From Ranitomeya imitator (taxonomy: Eukaryota): a stretch of DNA of 64,000 nucleotides. Within the stretch, counting starts at the first letter, position 1. Each line of letters starts with the position of its first letter. The stretch is taken from assembly GCF_032444005.1 (NCBI RefSeq), contig NC_091283.1, positions 307,272,001 to 307,336,000 on the forward strand, written 5' to 3'. The translations under genes and the position numbers were made by a program. Shown here piece by piece: positions 1 to 11,879 of the stretch. The notes beneath the pieces are model-generated. The model searched no databases, had not been told where the DNA came from, and saw nothing but the letters and a program-made list of their open reading frames with translations.

Positions 1-320
1 TAATAATCACTGTATCAAGTCACAATTTTGCACTATATGTGCTCATTGGTAATAAAACACACTGCCCTGATTACAGAATGCAATATACATTCTCACAACA
101 ACCACAAACAGCTACAAATAATATGAAAATATAATATAAAAACAAATACTGGGATAATAATCACTGCATCAAGTCACAATTTTGCACTATATGTGCTCAT
201 TGGTAATAAAACACACTGCCCTGATTACAGAATGCAATATACATTCTCCCAACAACCACAAACAGCTACAAATGATATGAAAATCTAATATAAAAAAAAT
301 ACTGGGATAATAATCACTGG
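1..320. repeat. Tandem repeat, ~153-154 bp unit, two full copies plus the start of a third (may continue left of the window)
   Basis: TAATAATCACTG recurs at 1, 155 and 308, and the intervening sequences are nearly identical. Confidence 0.9.
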
Positions 321-918
321 ATCAAATTAACAATATCAAACTATATCAAAAGGGGAAGTCAGCCAGACACAGGGACAGCTGGCTGACAGGGGTCGGGGAG
401 GGGTTACAGACTTTGATACACTTTGATAGGGGCGGGGCACCTGTCAGATTGAGTTTGACGAATCATTCCGATGCTACACTACTGAGGCGTCAATAAGACA
501 CCTATCCATTAGTAATCCTATAGTGGTTAAAGGGTTAAATAAAGACATTATTAAGACAAGTATTTTAATGAAATAAAACAACACACAATTTTGACCATAT
601 TTTTATTGTTCTGCTATTCCAAAGCGAAGCCCTCGATCTTCTGTAATAAAAATAAAATAAAAAAGTATACTCCCTGATCCGCCATAGTCCAATATATCGA
701 GTGTCCCACCCAGAATCTGGGGGAGATAAAGCTTACAACCAGGAGCGCTTCTAATGCGACCACTCCCGGCTGTAAGCGACTGGGGAATGAATGAGAGAGA
801 GCCGGCACAGGCTCAGTAACTAGCGGTGACGTCACCGAGCCTGCGCTCGCTCACTGCCTGACCGGAGGTAACCTCTGCACCGTGGGAAAATGCCGGGGAA
901 GAGGATACAGCAGGTAAT

Positions 919-1035
919 TTATCTATTCCATCAATCTATTCTATCAATCCATCAATTCTATTCTATCAATCTATCTATTCTATCAATCTATTTTTTCATT
1001 CTATCTATTCAATCAATTTATCTATTCATTCTATC
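919..1035. repeat. Degenerate (TCTA/TCTAT)n low-complexity repeat
   Basis: Run of atctattc/tcaatcta motifs. Confidence 0.8.
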
Positions 1036-1219
1036 TTCAGGAAGTTGTTTTTTTTTCTCTGTGTGCACTTTGTCATGCGCAAAGAGAAAAAAAAAAGCAT
1101 GAAAAAAAAAAACGCACCTAAACCTGCATTTTTTGGTGCAGCTTCTTTCCTGCCAAGATGATCAGGTTTTGCTGCAGAAAAAAAACGCAGCAAAAACGCC
1201 CTGTGTGAACTTACCCTTA

Positions 1220-1965
1220 GGGTACCGTCACACTTAGCGATGCTGCAGCGATACCAACAACGATGACGATCGCTGCAGCGTCGCTGTTTAGTCGCTGGAG
1301 AGCTGTCACACAGAGAGCTCTCCAGCGACCAACGATCCCGAAGTCCCCGGGTAACCAGGGCAAACATTGGGTTACTAAGCGCAGGGCCGCGCTTAGTAAC
1401 CCGATGTTTACCCTGGTTACCAGCGTAAACGTAAAAAAAACAAACAGTACATACTTACCTACCGCTGTCTGTCCCCGGCGCTCTGCTTCTCTGCACTCCT
1501 CTGCACGGACTGTGAGCACAGCGGCCGGAAAGCAGAGCGGTGACGTCACCGCTCTGCTTTCCGGCTGACCGACGCTCACAGCCAGTGCAGGAGGAGTGCA
1601 GAGAAGCAGAGCGCCGGGGACAGACAGCGGTAGGTAAGTATGTACTGTTTGTTTTTTTACGTTTACGCTGGTAACCAGGGTAAACATCGGGTTACTAAGC
1701 GCGGCCCTGCGCTTAGTTACCCGATGTTTACCCTGGTTACCAGTGAAGACATCGCTGGATCGGTGTCACACACGCCGATCCAACGATGTCCACGGGAGAT
1801 CCAGTGACGAAATAAAGTTCTGCACTTTCTTCAGCGACCAACGATCTCCCAGCAGGGGCCTGATCGTTGGTCGCTGTCACACATAACGATTTCCTTAACG
1901 ATATCATTGCTACATCACAAAAAGCAACAATATCGTTAACGATATCGTTATGTGTGACGGTACCT
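1220..1965. mobile_element. PIF/Harbinger-like MITE with internal nested palindromes
   Basis: TIRs GGGTACCGTCACAC / GTGTGACGGTACCT; 3-bp TTA TSD at 1217-1219 and 1966-1968; no transposase ORF; large internal hairpin centred near 1545. Confidence 0.85.
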
Positions 1966-1989
1966 TTAGATGTAATAAAAAGTGGAGAG

Positions 1990-2400
1990 AATAAAAGTGA
2001 TAGTTGCATTAGACGCAGAGAAGGAGTTTGATAAGGTAAAGTGGAACTGGATAAGACAGGTACTAGACAAAGTAGGTATGACATGTAATTTCAGAAACTT
2101 TGTAAGAGTCTTGTATACAAAATCCCACGGTAAAAATTAAAACCTCTGAACCTCTAGGAGTGTCCTTTGTCAACGTTTATATTTGATTTAGCACTTGAAC
2201 CCTTGGCACACTACTTGGAGTAACAGAGGGAATTTGAAGGGATAAAAATAGGGGTCATGAGGATCAAAGCCTCATATTTTGCGGATGACATAATACTTTA
2301 CATGGCAGATGTGGAGAGATTTGTCAGAAGTATTAGATTTTCAGGCTTCACCTTCAATAAAAGTAAATTTAGAAAATTATACAATTGTCAGAAAAAAATA
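1990..2400 (+). pseudogene. L1-clade LINE ORF2 reverse-transcriptase fragment (degraded)
   Basis: Translates to VALDAEKEFDKVKW..., FDLALEPLAHYL and KASYFADDIILY, matching L1 RT motifs LDAEKAFD, LAIEPLA and YADD. Confidence 0.85.
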
Positions 2401-2549
2401 GAAATGAGTGCTAGAAGGCTGTGTGGCTCTCTTGTAGGGTGCTCAAATAGGGTTCCACTCCATAAATAGGAAAAAGGGAATTTGGCACTGCAGCATGAGA
2501 TGCTGAAATCATATAAATTTATTGCACATAAAAAAATAATCCAGTTATG

Positions 2550-2589
2550 TAATTGACGTTTCGCCCTGTACTGGCCTTCTTCAGAACTA
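2550..2589 (-). ncRNA. Minimal type I hammerhead ribozyme motif (PLE-type)
   Basis: Minus strand reads TAGTT-CTGAAGA-A-GGCCAGTACAGGGC-GAAAC-GTC-AATTA: CUGANGA and GAAA cores, ACGU palindromic stem III, and a 5-bp stem I with one GU pair. Confidence 0.6.
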
Positions 2590-2715
2590 AAATACAACAG
2601 ATAAATAAAATTATATATATATATATATACACAAAATAAGCAAAAGAAGGCAGCACTCCAAGTCCTTTTCATCGTGAAAAAAAGTGTGACGTTTATTCAA
2701 CCCACATCTCTGTGC

Positions 2716-2749
2716 GACGTTTCGGCTCACACTGAGCCTTTCTCAAGCA
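2716..2749 (-). ncRNA. Hammerhead-like motif, U3-A8 core variant (left pseudo-LTR arm)
   Basis: TGC-TTGAGAA-A-GGCTCA GTG TGAGCC-GAAAC-GTC-GCA on the minus strand; mirror of 4982-5018. Confidence 0.5.
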
Positions 2750-2840
2750 GTGAGTGTTACTGACAATTGTGTTTTTATAGGCAAAATCTACATTCATTTG
2801 CATATTATATTGGCCATCAATCATTAATACATATCTACAT

Positions 2841-3481
2841 ATGTACGCGTCCACTCTTCGCCAGTCGTTACACTGGCTACCCATTCATTACAGGATACAA
2901 TTCAAAGTACTTGTTCTCACCCACAAAGCTCTCCACAGTGCGGCACCCCCTTACATCTCCTCCCTCATTTCTGTCTATCGGCCTAACAGACCACTGCGCT
3001 CTGCAAATGACTTTCAACTAACCTCTGCACTAATCCGTACATCCCACTCCCGACTCCAAGACTTCTCCTGTGCTGCGCCAATCCTCTGGAATGCTCTACC
3101 CCAAGAAATTAGGACCATCCACAATTTGCATAGTTTTAGGCGCTCGCTGAAAACATATTTGTTCAGAGCGGCCTGTCACATTCAGTAATCAAAGTCATTT
3201 TATGTCTGTGTGTGTGTGTAGCCCACTCACTATCTCCATCTATCCCCCAGCCCCTGAAGATGGCTGGACCATGATTGTAAATACATCATTGGAAATACAC
3301 ACCTGTGCTTTGTATCTCCCCCACCTCATTGTAGATTGTAAGCTCTCACGAGCTGGGTCATTTTATTTCGCTTTTATTATTGTATTGTTAACGTTGTTAC
3401 TGTTTGTGTTTGAAACTGTTAAACTGTAAAGCGCTGCGGAATATGTTGGCGCTATATAAATAAAGATTATTATTATTATTA
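2841..3481 (+). mobile_element. L2-clade LINE, 5'-truncated 3' end
   Basis: ORF 2841-3188 (LHWLPIHYRIQFKVLVLTHKALH...APILWNALP...FRRSLKTYLF) is the L2 RT C-terminus; AATAAA followed by (TTA)n tail; ~6-bp TACATA duplication at its flanks inside the PLE arm. Confidence 0.9.
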
Positions 3482-4529
3482 TACATAAATTTTTACAACA
3501 CATGTGCAAAAAGTCCTTTGTGTAATCCATATCTGGTAAAGTGCACTGTGCTAAGGTGCTAATATAATCATATATCTTCACAATTATTTCTCTTGTTTTT
3601 AACATACTCTTACTAAACATTTGTCTCATAATACACATGTTGTGATTGTTTACATCTCTTACCCTGCCGCACGCCGGTCAGACCACATGAGGACGCTTTC
3701 TCTGCCATTTTCGGCGTTCTATCACCTCTACTGCGCATGTCCTGACATCATTTTACTCTGTCATAGCCTGCCGGCCAATCACAATCTATTTGCGGTTTAT
3801 TTCCCTTGGCGCATGCGCACTATCCTTCTGTCAGTGCCGAAGCGCCATCTTGGATGTGGCTTAATGTCTTCTTATGCTCCTCACTTTTAAAAATGCCTCT
3901 GTTATATGTATACAGCGATACACACCTGGTATGATCGTATCCCTAGGAAACTATATATTTTTAGTTATATTTTCTAATGATAGATACTATATGGCTTCAT
4001 GGCTTTAGTTGACAGTCTGACACAACGGACGGCACCTTCCTCAGGCTGTCTCAGTTTGCCGATGTCCCTCCAACTTGATACATAGCCCTTCAAGGCCATA
4101 CCATCACTATTGGAGTATCCATATAAGTGATTATATATTGCCAAATATCTATTCATATAATAGGCTTTCTTACACCACTATCTTTTACCATGCATTACTT
4201 TTATTAGATTAATAGGGCATTGTTACTGGCCGACAGTTATGACACCTTAATTATAAAAAATAAACAAAACATTTAAAAAAAAAAAAAGAAGAAAAAAGCA
4301 GTAGAAGAAAAAAATTTAATTCATCCTCCATGCGGTTATATTCCATCCGCCGGCAGGCTGAAGATTGCGTGCAAGTTGCTAAACGTGAAGATATCACTAA
4401 AACAATATAAAATAATATTAAAGTTGTAGCGCTATAACAAGATGACAAAATTCATTTATATACCATGCTCCAAACCTTAAACTAGGAGTCCATATACACC
4501 CGACTCCTAGTTATACCTTTACGGGGCTA

Positions 4530-4720
4530 ATACATGTTAGGGTGAATTTTAAATTCCACATTGAGTCCTTTCGGCTTTAAAGTGTTAAGTTCATAAATCC
4601 ATCTAAGATCTTGTTTTTTTAGAAGGCATACTCTGTCCCCTCCTCTCCTTTGTACGGGGATCTTATCTATGATCCTAAATCTGAGATCTTTCTCTGTGTG
4701 TCTCAATTCTGTGAAGTGTT
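4530..4720 (-). pseudogene. PLE GIY-YIG endonuclease C-terminal fragment
   Basis: Minus strand translates ...HFTELRHTEKDLRFRIIDKIP...LKKQDLRWIYELNTLKPKGLNVEF, the typical WI..L.TL.P.GLN end of Penelope ORFs. Confidence 0.8.
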
Positions 4721-4981
4721 TACAACATGTGTATTATGAGACAAATGTTTAGTAAGAAAGGAATAATAAGAGTATGTTAAAAACAAGAGAAATAATTGTG
4801 AAGATATATGATTATATTAGCACCTTAGCACAGTGCACTTTACCAGATATGGATTACACAAAGGACTTTTTGCACGTGTTGTAAAAATTTATGTATATAT
4901 GTATTAATGATTGATGGCCAATATAATATGCAAATGATTGTAGATTTTGCCTATAAGAACACAATTGTCAGTAACACTCAC

Positions 4982-5018
4982 TGCTTGAGAAAGGCTCAGT
5001 GTGAGCCGAAACGTCGCA
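4982..5018 (+). ncRNA. Hammerhead-like motif, U3-A8 core variant (right pseudo-LTR arm)
   Basis: TGC-TTGAGAA-A-GGCTCA GTG TGAGCC-GAAAC-GTC-GCA: 6-bp stem II and 3-bp stem I. Confidence 0.5.
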
Positions 5019-5884
5019 CAGAGATGTGGGTTGAATAAACGTCACACTTTTTTCACTTTGAAAAGGACTTGGAGTGCTGCCTTCTTTTGCTTATTGTGTA
5101 TACATGTTGGGTAGATGAGTGGACCATTCTACCCAGGAGGCCAAGCACCCACCGGTGAGCATTGTGCTGTTCCAATTTTTCCATATATATATATATACTG
5201 GAGGGTGAACATGTTGTGTGTATTGTGATTACCTGATAAAAGATATCCTTCATCGCTTCCAAACGTAACATCACTCTCCCCATGAGGAAAGCAATGCCAC
5301 TGTACCCAGGACCCTGGGGTGTTACACTTGATTGCAGTTGTTGCTGCTAAGGGCGGCCCAACCAGTTATTAGGTTTAGGGGGCAATAACTTTTCACACAG
5401 GGCCCTGTAGGTTTGCATTTTTTTCCTGTAATAATAAAGACCTTCATTTAAAAACTATATTTTGTGTTATCTTTGTCTAATATTTACTTTTGTTTGGTGA
5501 TCTGACACATGTACGTGTGACAAACATGCAAAAGAATAGGAAATGTGTGTGCATATGTCTATGTATACACATATATATGTGTGTGGAAAATGGATAAGAA
5601 GTGCTAAGTGCTGGCTCACAGGCCACTGCAACGCATGATGGAGCTTGTAGTATTAGAAAACAGTATGCCTGGGGACAAGAAGTGATGAAAAACATCAGAG
5701 TTGCATCTGGCAGACACCAAGTGATGCTATCTGCATGATAAAGGTATATATCTATAATAGGAGTATGGATACATTTACTGGTCTATAATAGATTAATGAA
5801 TAAAAAATGAAACGAATTAGGGTAGTGGATAACGTTTTAAATATTTGGTACAGAAACCTTTGTTTGAAATTACAGAGGTCAGAC

Positions 5885-6490
5885 ATTTCCTGTAGTTCTT
5901 GACCAAGTTTACACACACTGCAGCAGGGATTTTGACCCATTCCTCCATACAGATCTGCTCCAAATCTTTCAGGTTTCAGGGCTGTTGCTGTGTAACATTG
6001 ATATTCAGCTCTCTCCAAAGGTTTTCTATTGGTTTCAGTTCTGGAGACTGGCTAAGCACACCAGGACCTTGAAATGCTTCTTACGGAGCCATTCCTTAGT
6101 TGCTCTTGCTTTGTGTTTTGGGTCATTGCCACGCTGAAAGACCCAGCCACGACCTATCTTCAATGCTCCTACTGAAAGAAGGAGGTTGTTGGCCAAAATC
6201 TTGCGATCCACGACCCATTCATCCTCCCTTCAATATAGTGCAGTTATCCTGTCTGCTTTGCAGAAAAGCACCCCCCAAGTATGGTGTTCTTGGAGTTGCA
6301 CTCATTTTTCTTCCTCCAAACATGGCGAGAGGAGTTGATAGCAAAAAGTACTATTTTGTCTCATCTGACCACATGATCTTCTCCTTTGCCTCACCTGGAT
6401 CAACCAGATGGCCATTGGTGAACTTCTAACAGGCCTTGACATATGCTGGCGTGAACATCAGGACCTTGCGTGCCCTGAAAGATTTTACTC
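5885..6490 (-). pseudogene. Tc1-family transposase remnant
   Basis: Minus strand gives WSDETK..., FQRGNDPKH...[13 protein letters not shown] and [11 protein letters not shown] (Tc1 DDE motifs). A Tc1-like terminal segment also lies at ~5345-5545. Confidence 0.85.
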
Positions 6491-8412
6491 CATGATGGCG
6501 TAGTGTGTTTGTAGTACTACTACTGGCATCCCTGCATGGTGTCCCTTCCCCCCTCCATGCAGAGACGCCGGCTTACTCACTGCCCCAGACCCTCGGCACA
6601 ATCCTCTGCATTTTCCTTCCTAGTTGTGTGAGTGCTGCAACGGCGCACCTAGTACACACATGTGCACACTCCTTCATTCTTAAAGGGGCAGCACAAGCAT
6701 ATACTAAATACCCTCCAGCTTGTTTTTCAGAGCTATTTAGTATAATTACTACACCTGTAAGATGGCTTCCAGCCAATTGCTGGGAGTTATCCTGTTGAGA
6801 CCTTAGAAATGATGTACAATGTGTGGGACAGAGGAGAGACTGTTGGAGAAAAGGGAATACTCTAATTTTACCCCATTATGGGAAAATCAGCGACTGGTGG
6901 ACTTTAACAAATTTACTGGTTTCAGAGGTTGGGAATCAAGGGGAATTCAGACTTTAGATCAGTTAGTAGGAAATGGAACACTTAACCCCTTAATCCCATA
7001 TGACGTACTATCCCGTCCAGGTGACCTGGGACTTAATTCCCATGGACGGGATAGTACGTCATATGCGATCGGCCGCGCTCACGGGGGGAGCGCGGCCGAT
7101 CGCGGCCGGGTGTCAGCTGCCTATCGCAGCTGACATCCGGCACTATGTGCCAGGAGCGGTCACGGACCGCTCCCGGCACATTAACCCCCGGCACACCGCG
7201 ATCAAAGATGATCGCGGTGTGCCGGCGGTGCAGGGAAGCATCGCGCAGGGAGGGGGCTCCCTGCGGGCTTCCCTGAGACGATCGGTACACGGTGATGTGC
7301 TCACCGTGTACCGAGCGTCTTCTCCCTGCAGTCCCCGGATCCAAAATGGCCGCCGGGCTGCATCCGGGTCCTGCAGGGAGCACTTCCGGGTCAGGATCAG
7401 GCTGCAGCTGCAGCTCTAATCCTGCCCGGCTGTATGTCAGATCACCGATCTAACAGAGTGCTGTGCACACTGTCAGATCGGTGATCTGTGATGTCCCCCC
7501 CTGGGACAAAGTGAAAAAGTAAAAAAAAAAATTTCCACACTTGTAAAAAAAAATAAAAAAAAAATTCCTAAATAAAGCAGAAAAAAAAAAATATTATTCC
7601 CATAAATACATTTCTTTACATAAAAAAAAAACAAAAAAAACAATAAAAGTACACATATTTAGTATCGCCGCGTCCGTAACGACCCGACCTATAAAACTGG
7701 CCCACTAGTTAACCCCTTCAGTGAACACCGTAAGAAAAAAAAAAAAAAAACGAGCCAAAAAACAACGCTTTATTATCATAACGCTGAACAAAAAGTGGAA
7801 TAACACGCGATCAAAAAGACGGATATAAATAACCATGGTACCTCTGAAAACGTCATCTTGTCCCGCAAAAAACGAGCCGCCATATAGCATCATAACCAAA
7901 AAAATAAAAAAGTTATAGTCCTGAGAATAAAGCGATGCCAAAATAATTATTTTTTCTATAAAATAGCTTTTATCGTATAAAAGCGCCAAAACATAAAAAA
8001 AATGATATAAATGAGGTATCGCTGTAATCGTACTGACCCGAAGAATAAAACTGCTTCATCAATTTTACCAAACGCGGAACGGTATAAACGCCTCCCCCAA
8101 AAGAAATTCATGAATAGCTGGTTTTTGGTCATTCTGCCTCACAAAAAATCGGAATAAAAAGCGATCAAAAACTGTCACATGTCCGAAAATGTAACCGATA
8201 AAAACGTCAACTCGTCCCGCAAAAAACAAGACCTCACATGACTCTGTGGACCAAAATATGGAAAAATTATAGGTCTCAAAATGTGGAGACGCAAAAACTT
8301 TTTTGCTATAAAAAGCGTCTTTTAGTGTGTGACGGCTGCCAATCATAAAAATCCGATATAAAAAACTCGCTATAAAAGTAAATCAAACCCCCCTTCATCA
8401 CCCCCTTAGTTA

Positions 8413-8766
8413 GGCTAGGTTCACATTGCGTTAATGGGTTAACGCTAACGGACAGCGTTGCACGGCGAAAATGTCACAATTAACGCCGTGCAACGGGTCC
8501 GTTAGCACAACCATTGACAGCAATGTGATTTTCGGGTGTAGCGCATCGCTAGAGCGTGCCATTTTCGGCTCGCGCTAGCAAGGTGCCGTTCTTTTGTGGC
8601 GCGCCTCAGACGCTGCTTGCAGCGTCCGCGGCGCGCCCGAGGTCCGATCCCCGATCTTCCAGAGCGGGGACGTTAACGCGACCACTAAACACGACACCTA
8701 AAAAGATTGCGTTAGCGCAATCCGCTAGTGCTAAACGGATTTCCCTAATGCAATGTGAACCTAGCC
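8413..8766. mobile_element. Harbinger-like MITE nested in the piggyBac-like element
   Basis: TIR GGCTAGGTTCACATTGC / GCAATGTGAACCTAGCC; TTA TSD at 8410-8412 and 8767-8769. Confidence 0.9.
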
Positions 8767-8817
8767 TTAGGGAAAAATAATAAAATTTAAAAAAATGTAT
8801 TTATTTCCATTTTCCCA

Positions 8818-8975
8818 TTAGGGTTAGGGTTAGGGCTAGGGTTAGGGTTAGGGTTTGTATTACATTTACGGTTGGGATTAGGGTTGGGATTAGAATTAGG
8901 GGTGTGTCAGGGTTAGGTGTGTGGTTAGGGTTACAGTTGGGATTAGGGTTAGGGGTGCGTTTGGATTAGGGTTTC
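8818..8975 (+). repeat. Interstitial telomere-like (TTAGGG)n tract, degenerating rightward
   Basis: 8818-8853 is TTAGGG x3, CTAGGG, TTAGGG x2; GGGATTAGGG-type variants follow. Confidence 0.85.
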
Positions 8976-8989
8976 AGTTATAATTGGGG

Positions 8990-11250
8990 GTTTCCACTGT
9001 TTAGACACATCAGGGGCTCTCCAAACGCGACATGGCGTCCGATCTCAATTCCAGCCAATTCTGCATTGAAAAAGTAAAACAGTGCTCCTTCACTTCCGAG
9101 CTCTCCCGTGCGCCCAAACAGGGGTTTACCCCAACATATGGGGTATCATCGTACTCGAGACAAATTGGACAACAACTTTTTGGGTCCAAGTTCTCTTGTT
9201 ATCCTTGGGAAAATAAAAATTTGGGGGGCTAAAAATCATTTTTGTGGGAAAAAAAAGGATTTTTTATTTTCACGGCTCTGCGTTGTAAACTGTAGTGAAA
9301 CACTTGGGGGTTCAAAGTTTTCACAACACATCTAGATAAGTTCCATGGGAGGTCTAGTTTCAATATGGGGTCACTTGTGGGTGGTTTCTACTGTTTGGGT
9401 ACATCAGGGGCTCTGCAAATGCAACGTGACGCCTGCAGACCAATCCATCTAAGTCTGCATTCCAAATGGCGCTCCTTCCCTTCCGAGCTCTGCCATGCGC
9501 CCAAACAGTGGTTCCCCCCCACATACGGGGTATCAGCGTACTCAGGACAAATTGAACAACAACTTTTGGGGTCCAATTTATTCTGTTACCCTTGTAAAAA
9601 TACAAAGCTGGGGGCTAAAAAATCATTTTTGTGAAAAAAAAAAGAATTTTTATTTTCACGGCTCTGCGTTATAAACTGTAGTGAAACACTTAGGGGTTCA
9701 AAGTTCTCACAACACATCTAGATAAGTTCCTTGGGAGGTCTAGTTTCTAATATGGGGTCACTTGTGGGGGGTTTGTACTGTTTGGGTACATCAGGGGCTC
9801 TGCAAATGCAACGTGACTCCTGCAGACCAATCCATCTAAGTCTGCATTCCAATTGGCGCTCCTTCCCTTCCGAGCTCTGCCATGCGCCCAAACAGTGGTT
9901 CCCCCCCACATATGGGGTATCAGCGTACTCAGGACAAATTGGACAACAACTTTTGGGGTCCAATTTATTATGTTACCCTTGTGAAAATACAAAACTGGGG
10001 GCTAAAAAATAATTTTTGCGAAAAAAAAAAAAAATTATTTTAACGGCTCTGCGTTATAAACTGTAGTGAAACATTTGGGGGTTCAAAGCTCTCAAAACAC
10101 ATCTAGATAAGTTCCTTATGGGGTCTAGTTTCCAAAATGGTGTCACTTGTGGGGGGTTTTAATGTTTAGGCACATCAGGGGCTCTCCAAACCAACATGGC
10201 GTCCCAACTTAATTCCAGTCAATTTTGCATTGAAAAGTCAAATGGCGCTCCTTCCCTTCCGAGCTCTGCTATGCACCCAAAAAGTGGTTTACCCCCACAT
10301 ATGGGGTATCGTCGCACTCAGGACAAATTGCACAACAACTTTTGTGGTCTAATTTCTTCTCTTACCCTTGGGAAAATAAAAAATTGGGGGCGAAAAGATC
10401 ATTTTTGTGAAAAAATAAGATTTTTTATTTTTACGGCTCTGCATTATAAACTTCTCTGAAGCACTTGTTGGGTCAAAGTGCTCACCACACATCTAGATAA
10501 GTTCCTTAAGGGGTCTACTTTTCAAAATGGTGTCACTTGTGAGGGGTTCCAATGTTTAGGCACATCAGGGGCTCTCCAAACGCAACATGGCGTCCCATCT
10601 CAATTCCAGTCAATTTTGCATTGAAAAGTCAAATGGCGCTCCTTCCCTTCCGAGCTCTGCCATACGCCCAAACAATGGTTTACACCCATATATGGGGTAT
10701 CAGCGTACTCAGGACAAATTGGCCAACAATTTTTGAGGTCCAATTTCTTCTCTTACTCTTGGGAAAATAAAAAATTGGGGGCGAAAAGATCATTTTTGTG
10801 AAAAAATATGATTTTTTATTTTTACGGCTCTGCATTATAAACTTCTGTGAAGCAATTGGTGGGTCAAAGTGGTCACCACACATCTAGATAAGTTCCTTAG
10901 GGTGTCTACTTTCCAAAATGGTGTCACTTGTGGGGGGGTTTCAATGTTTAGGCACATCAGTGGCTCTCCAAACGCAACATGGTGTCCCATCTCAATTCCT
11001 GTCAATTTTGCATTTAAAAGTCAAATGGCGCTCCTTCCCTTCCGAGCTCTGCCATGCGCCCAAACAGTGGTTTACTCCCACATATGGGCTATCAGCGTAC
11101 TCAGTACAGATTGTACAACAATGTTTGGCATCCATTTTATCCTGTTACCCTTGGTAAAATAAAACAAATTGGAGCTGAAATAAATTTTGTGTGAAAAAAA
11201 AGTTAAATATTCATTCTTATTTAAACATTCCAAAAATTCCTGTGAAACCC
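8990..11250. repeat. Tandem array, ~385-391 bp unit, ~6 copies, internal to the piggyBac-like element
   Basis: TCTAGATAAGTTCC anchor at 9331, 9717, 10102, 10492 and 10883. Confidence 0.9.
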
Positions 11251-11879
11251 CTGAAGGGTTAATAAACTTCTTGAATGTGGTTTTGAGCACCTTGAGGGGT
11301 GCAGTTTTTAGAATGGTCTCACACTTGGGTATTTTCTATCATATAGACCCCTCAAAATGACATCAAATGAGATGTGGTCCCTAAAAAAAAATGGTGTTGT
11401 AAAAATGAGAAATTGCTGGTCAACTTTTAACCCTTATAACTCCCTAACAAAAAAAAATTTTGGTTCCAAAATTGTGCTGATGTAAAGTAGACATGTGGGA
11501 AATGTTACTTATTAAGTATTTTGCGTGAGATATCTCTGTGATTTAAGGGCATAAAAATTTAAAGTTGGAAAATTGCGAAACTTTCTAAATTTTTGCCAAA
11601 TTTCCGTTTTTTTCACAAATAAACGCAAGTTATATCGAATAAATGTTACTACTAAAATGAAGTACAATATGTCACGAGAAAACAATGTCAGAATCGCCAA
11701 GATCCGTTGAAGCGTTCCAGAGTTATAACCTCATAAAGGGACAGTGGTCAGAATTGTAAAAATTGGCCCGGTCATTAACGTGCAAACCACCCTCGGGGCT
11801 TAAGGGGTTAAAAGCTTCAACAAACTACAAAAAGAGTTTGGATTGCCTCACGGCCTCTTCTTTCGATACCTACAACTTA

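Larger units (their letters stand above)
2552..5105. mobile_element. Penelope-like element (PLE) remnant with inverted pseudo-LTR arms
   Basis: Left arm (2625-2838 plus 3481-3640, split by an L2 insertion) is the reverse complement of the right arm (~4720-5105); GIY-YIG C-terminus on the minus strand; hammerhead motifs. Confidence 0.75.
6986..11807. mobile_element. Non-autonomous piggyBac-like element (4.8 kb)
   Basis: TTAA TSD at 6982-6985 and 11808-11811; termini CCCCTTAA / TTAAGGGG; no transposase ORF. Confidence 0.85.

Noticed and set aside
8818-8853. True telomere or chromosome-fusion site
   Set aside because: Only six units, on one strand, embedded inside a TSD-flanked transposon.
8990-11250. 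Recurrent short ORFs (MDPKSCC..., MASQLNSS...) and a possible CRISPR-like array
   Set aside because: Whole ~388-bp units are repeated with no unique spacers; the context is a eukaryotic transposon.
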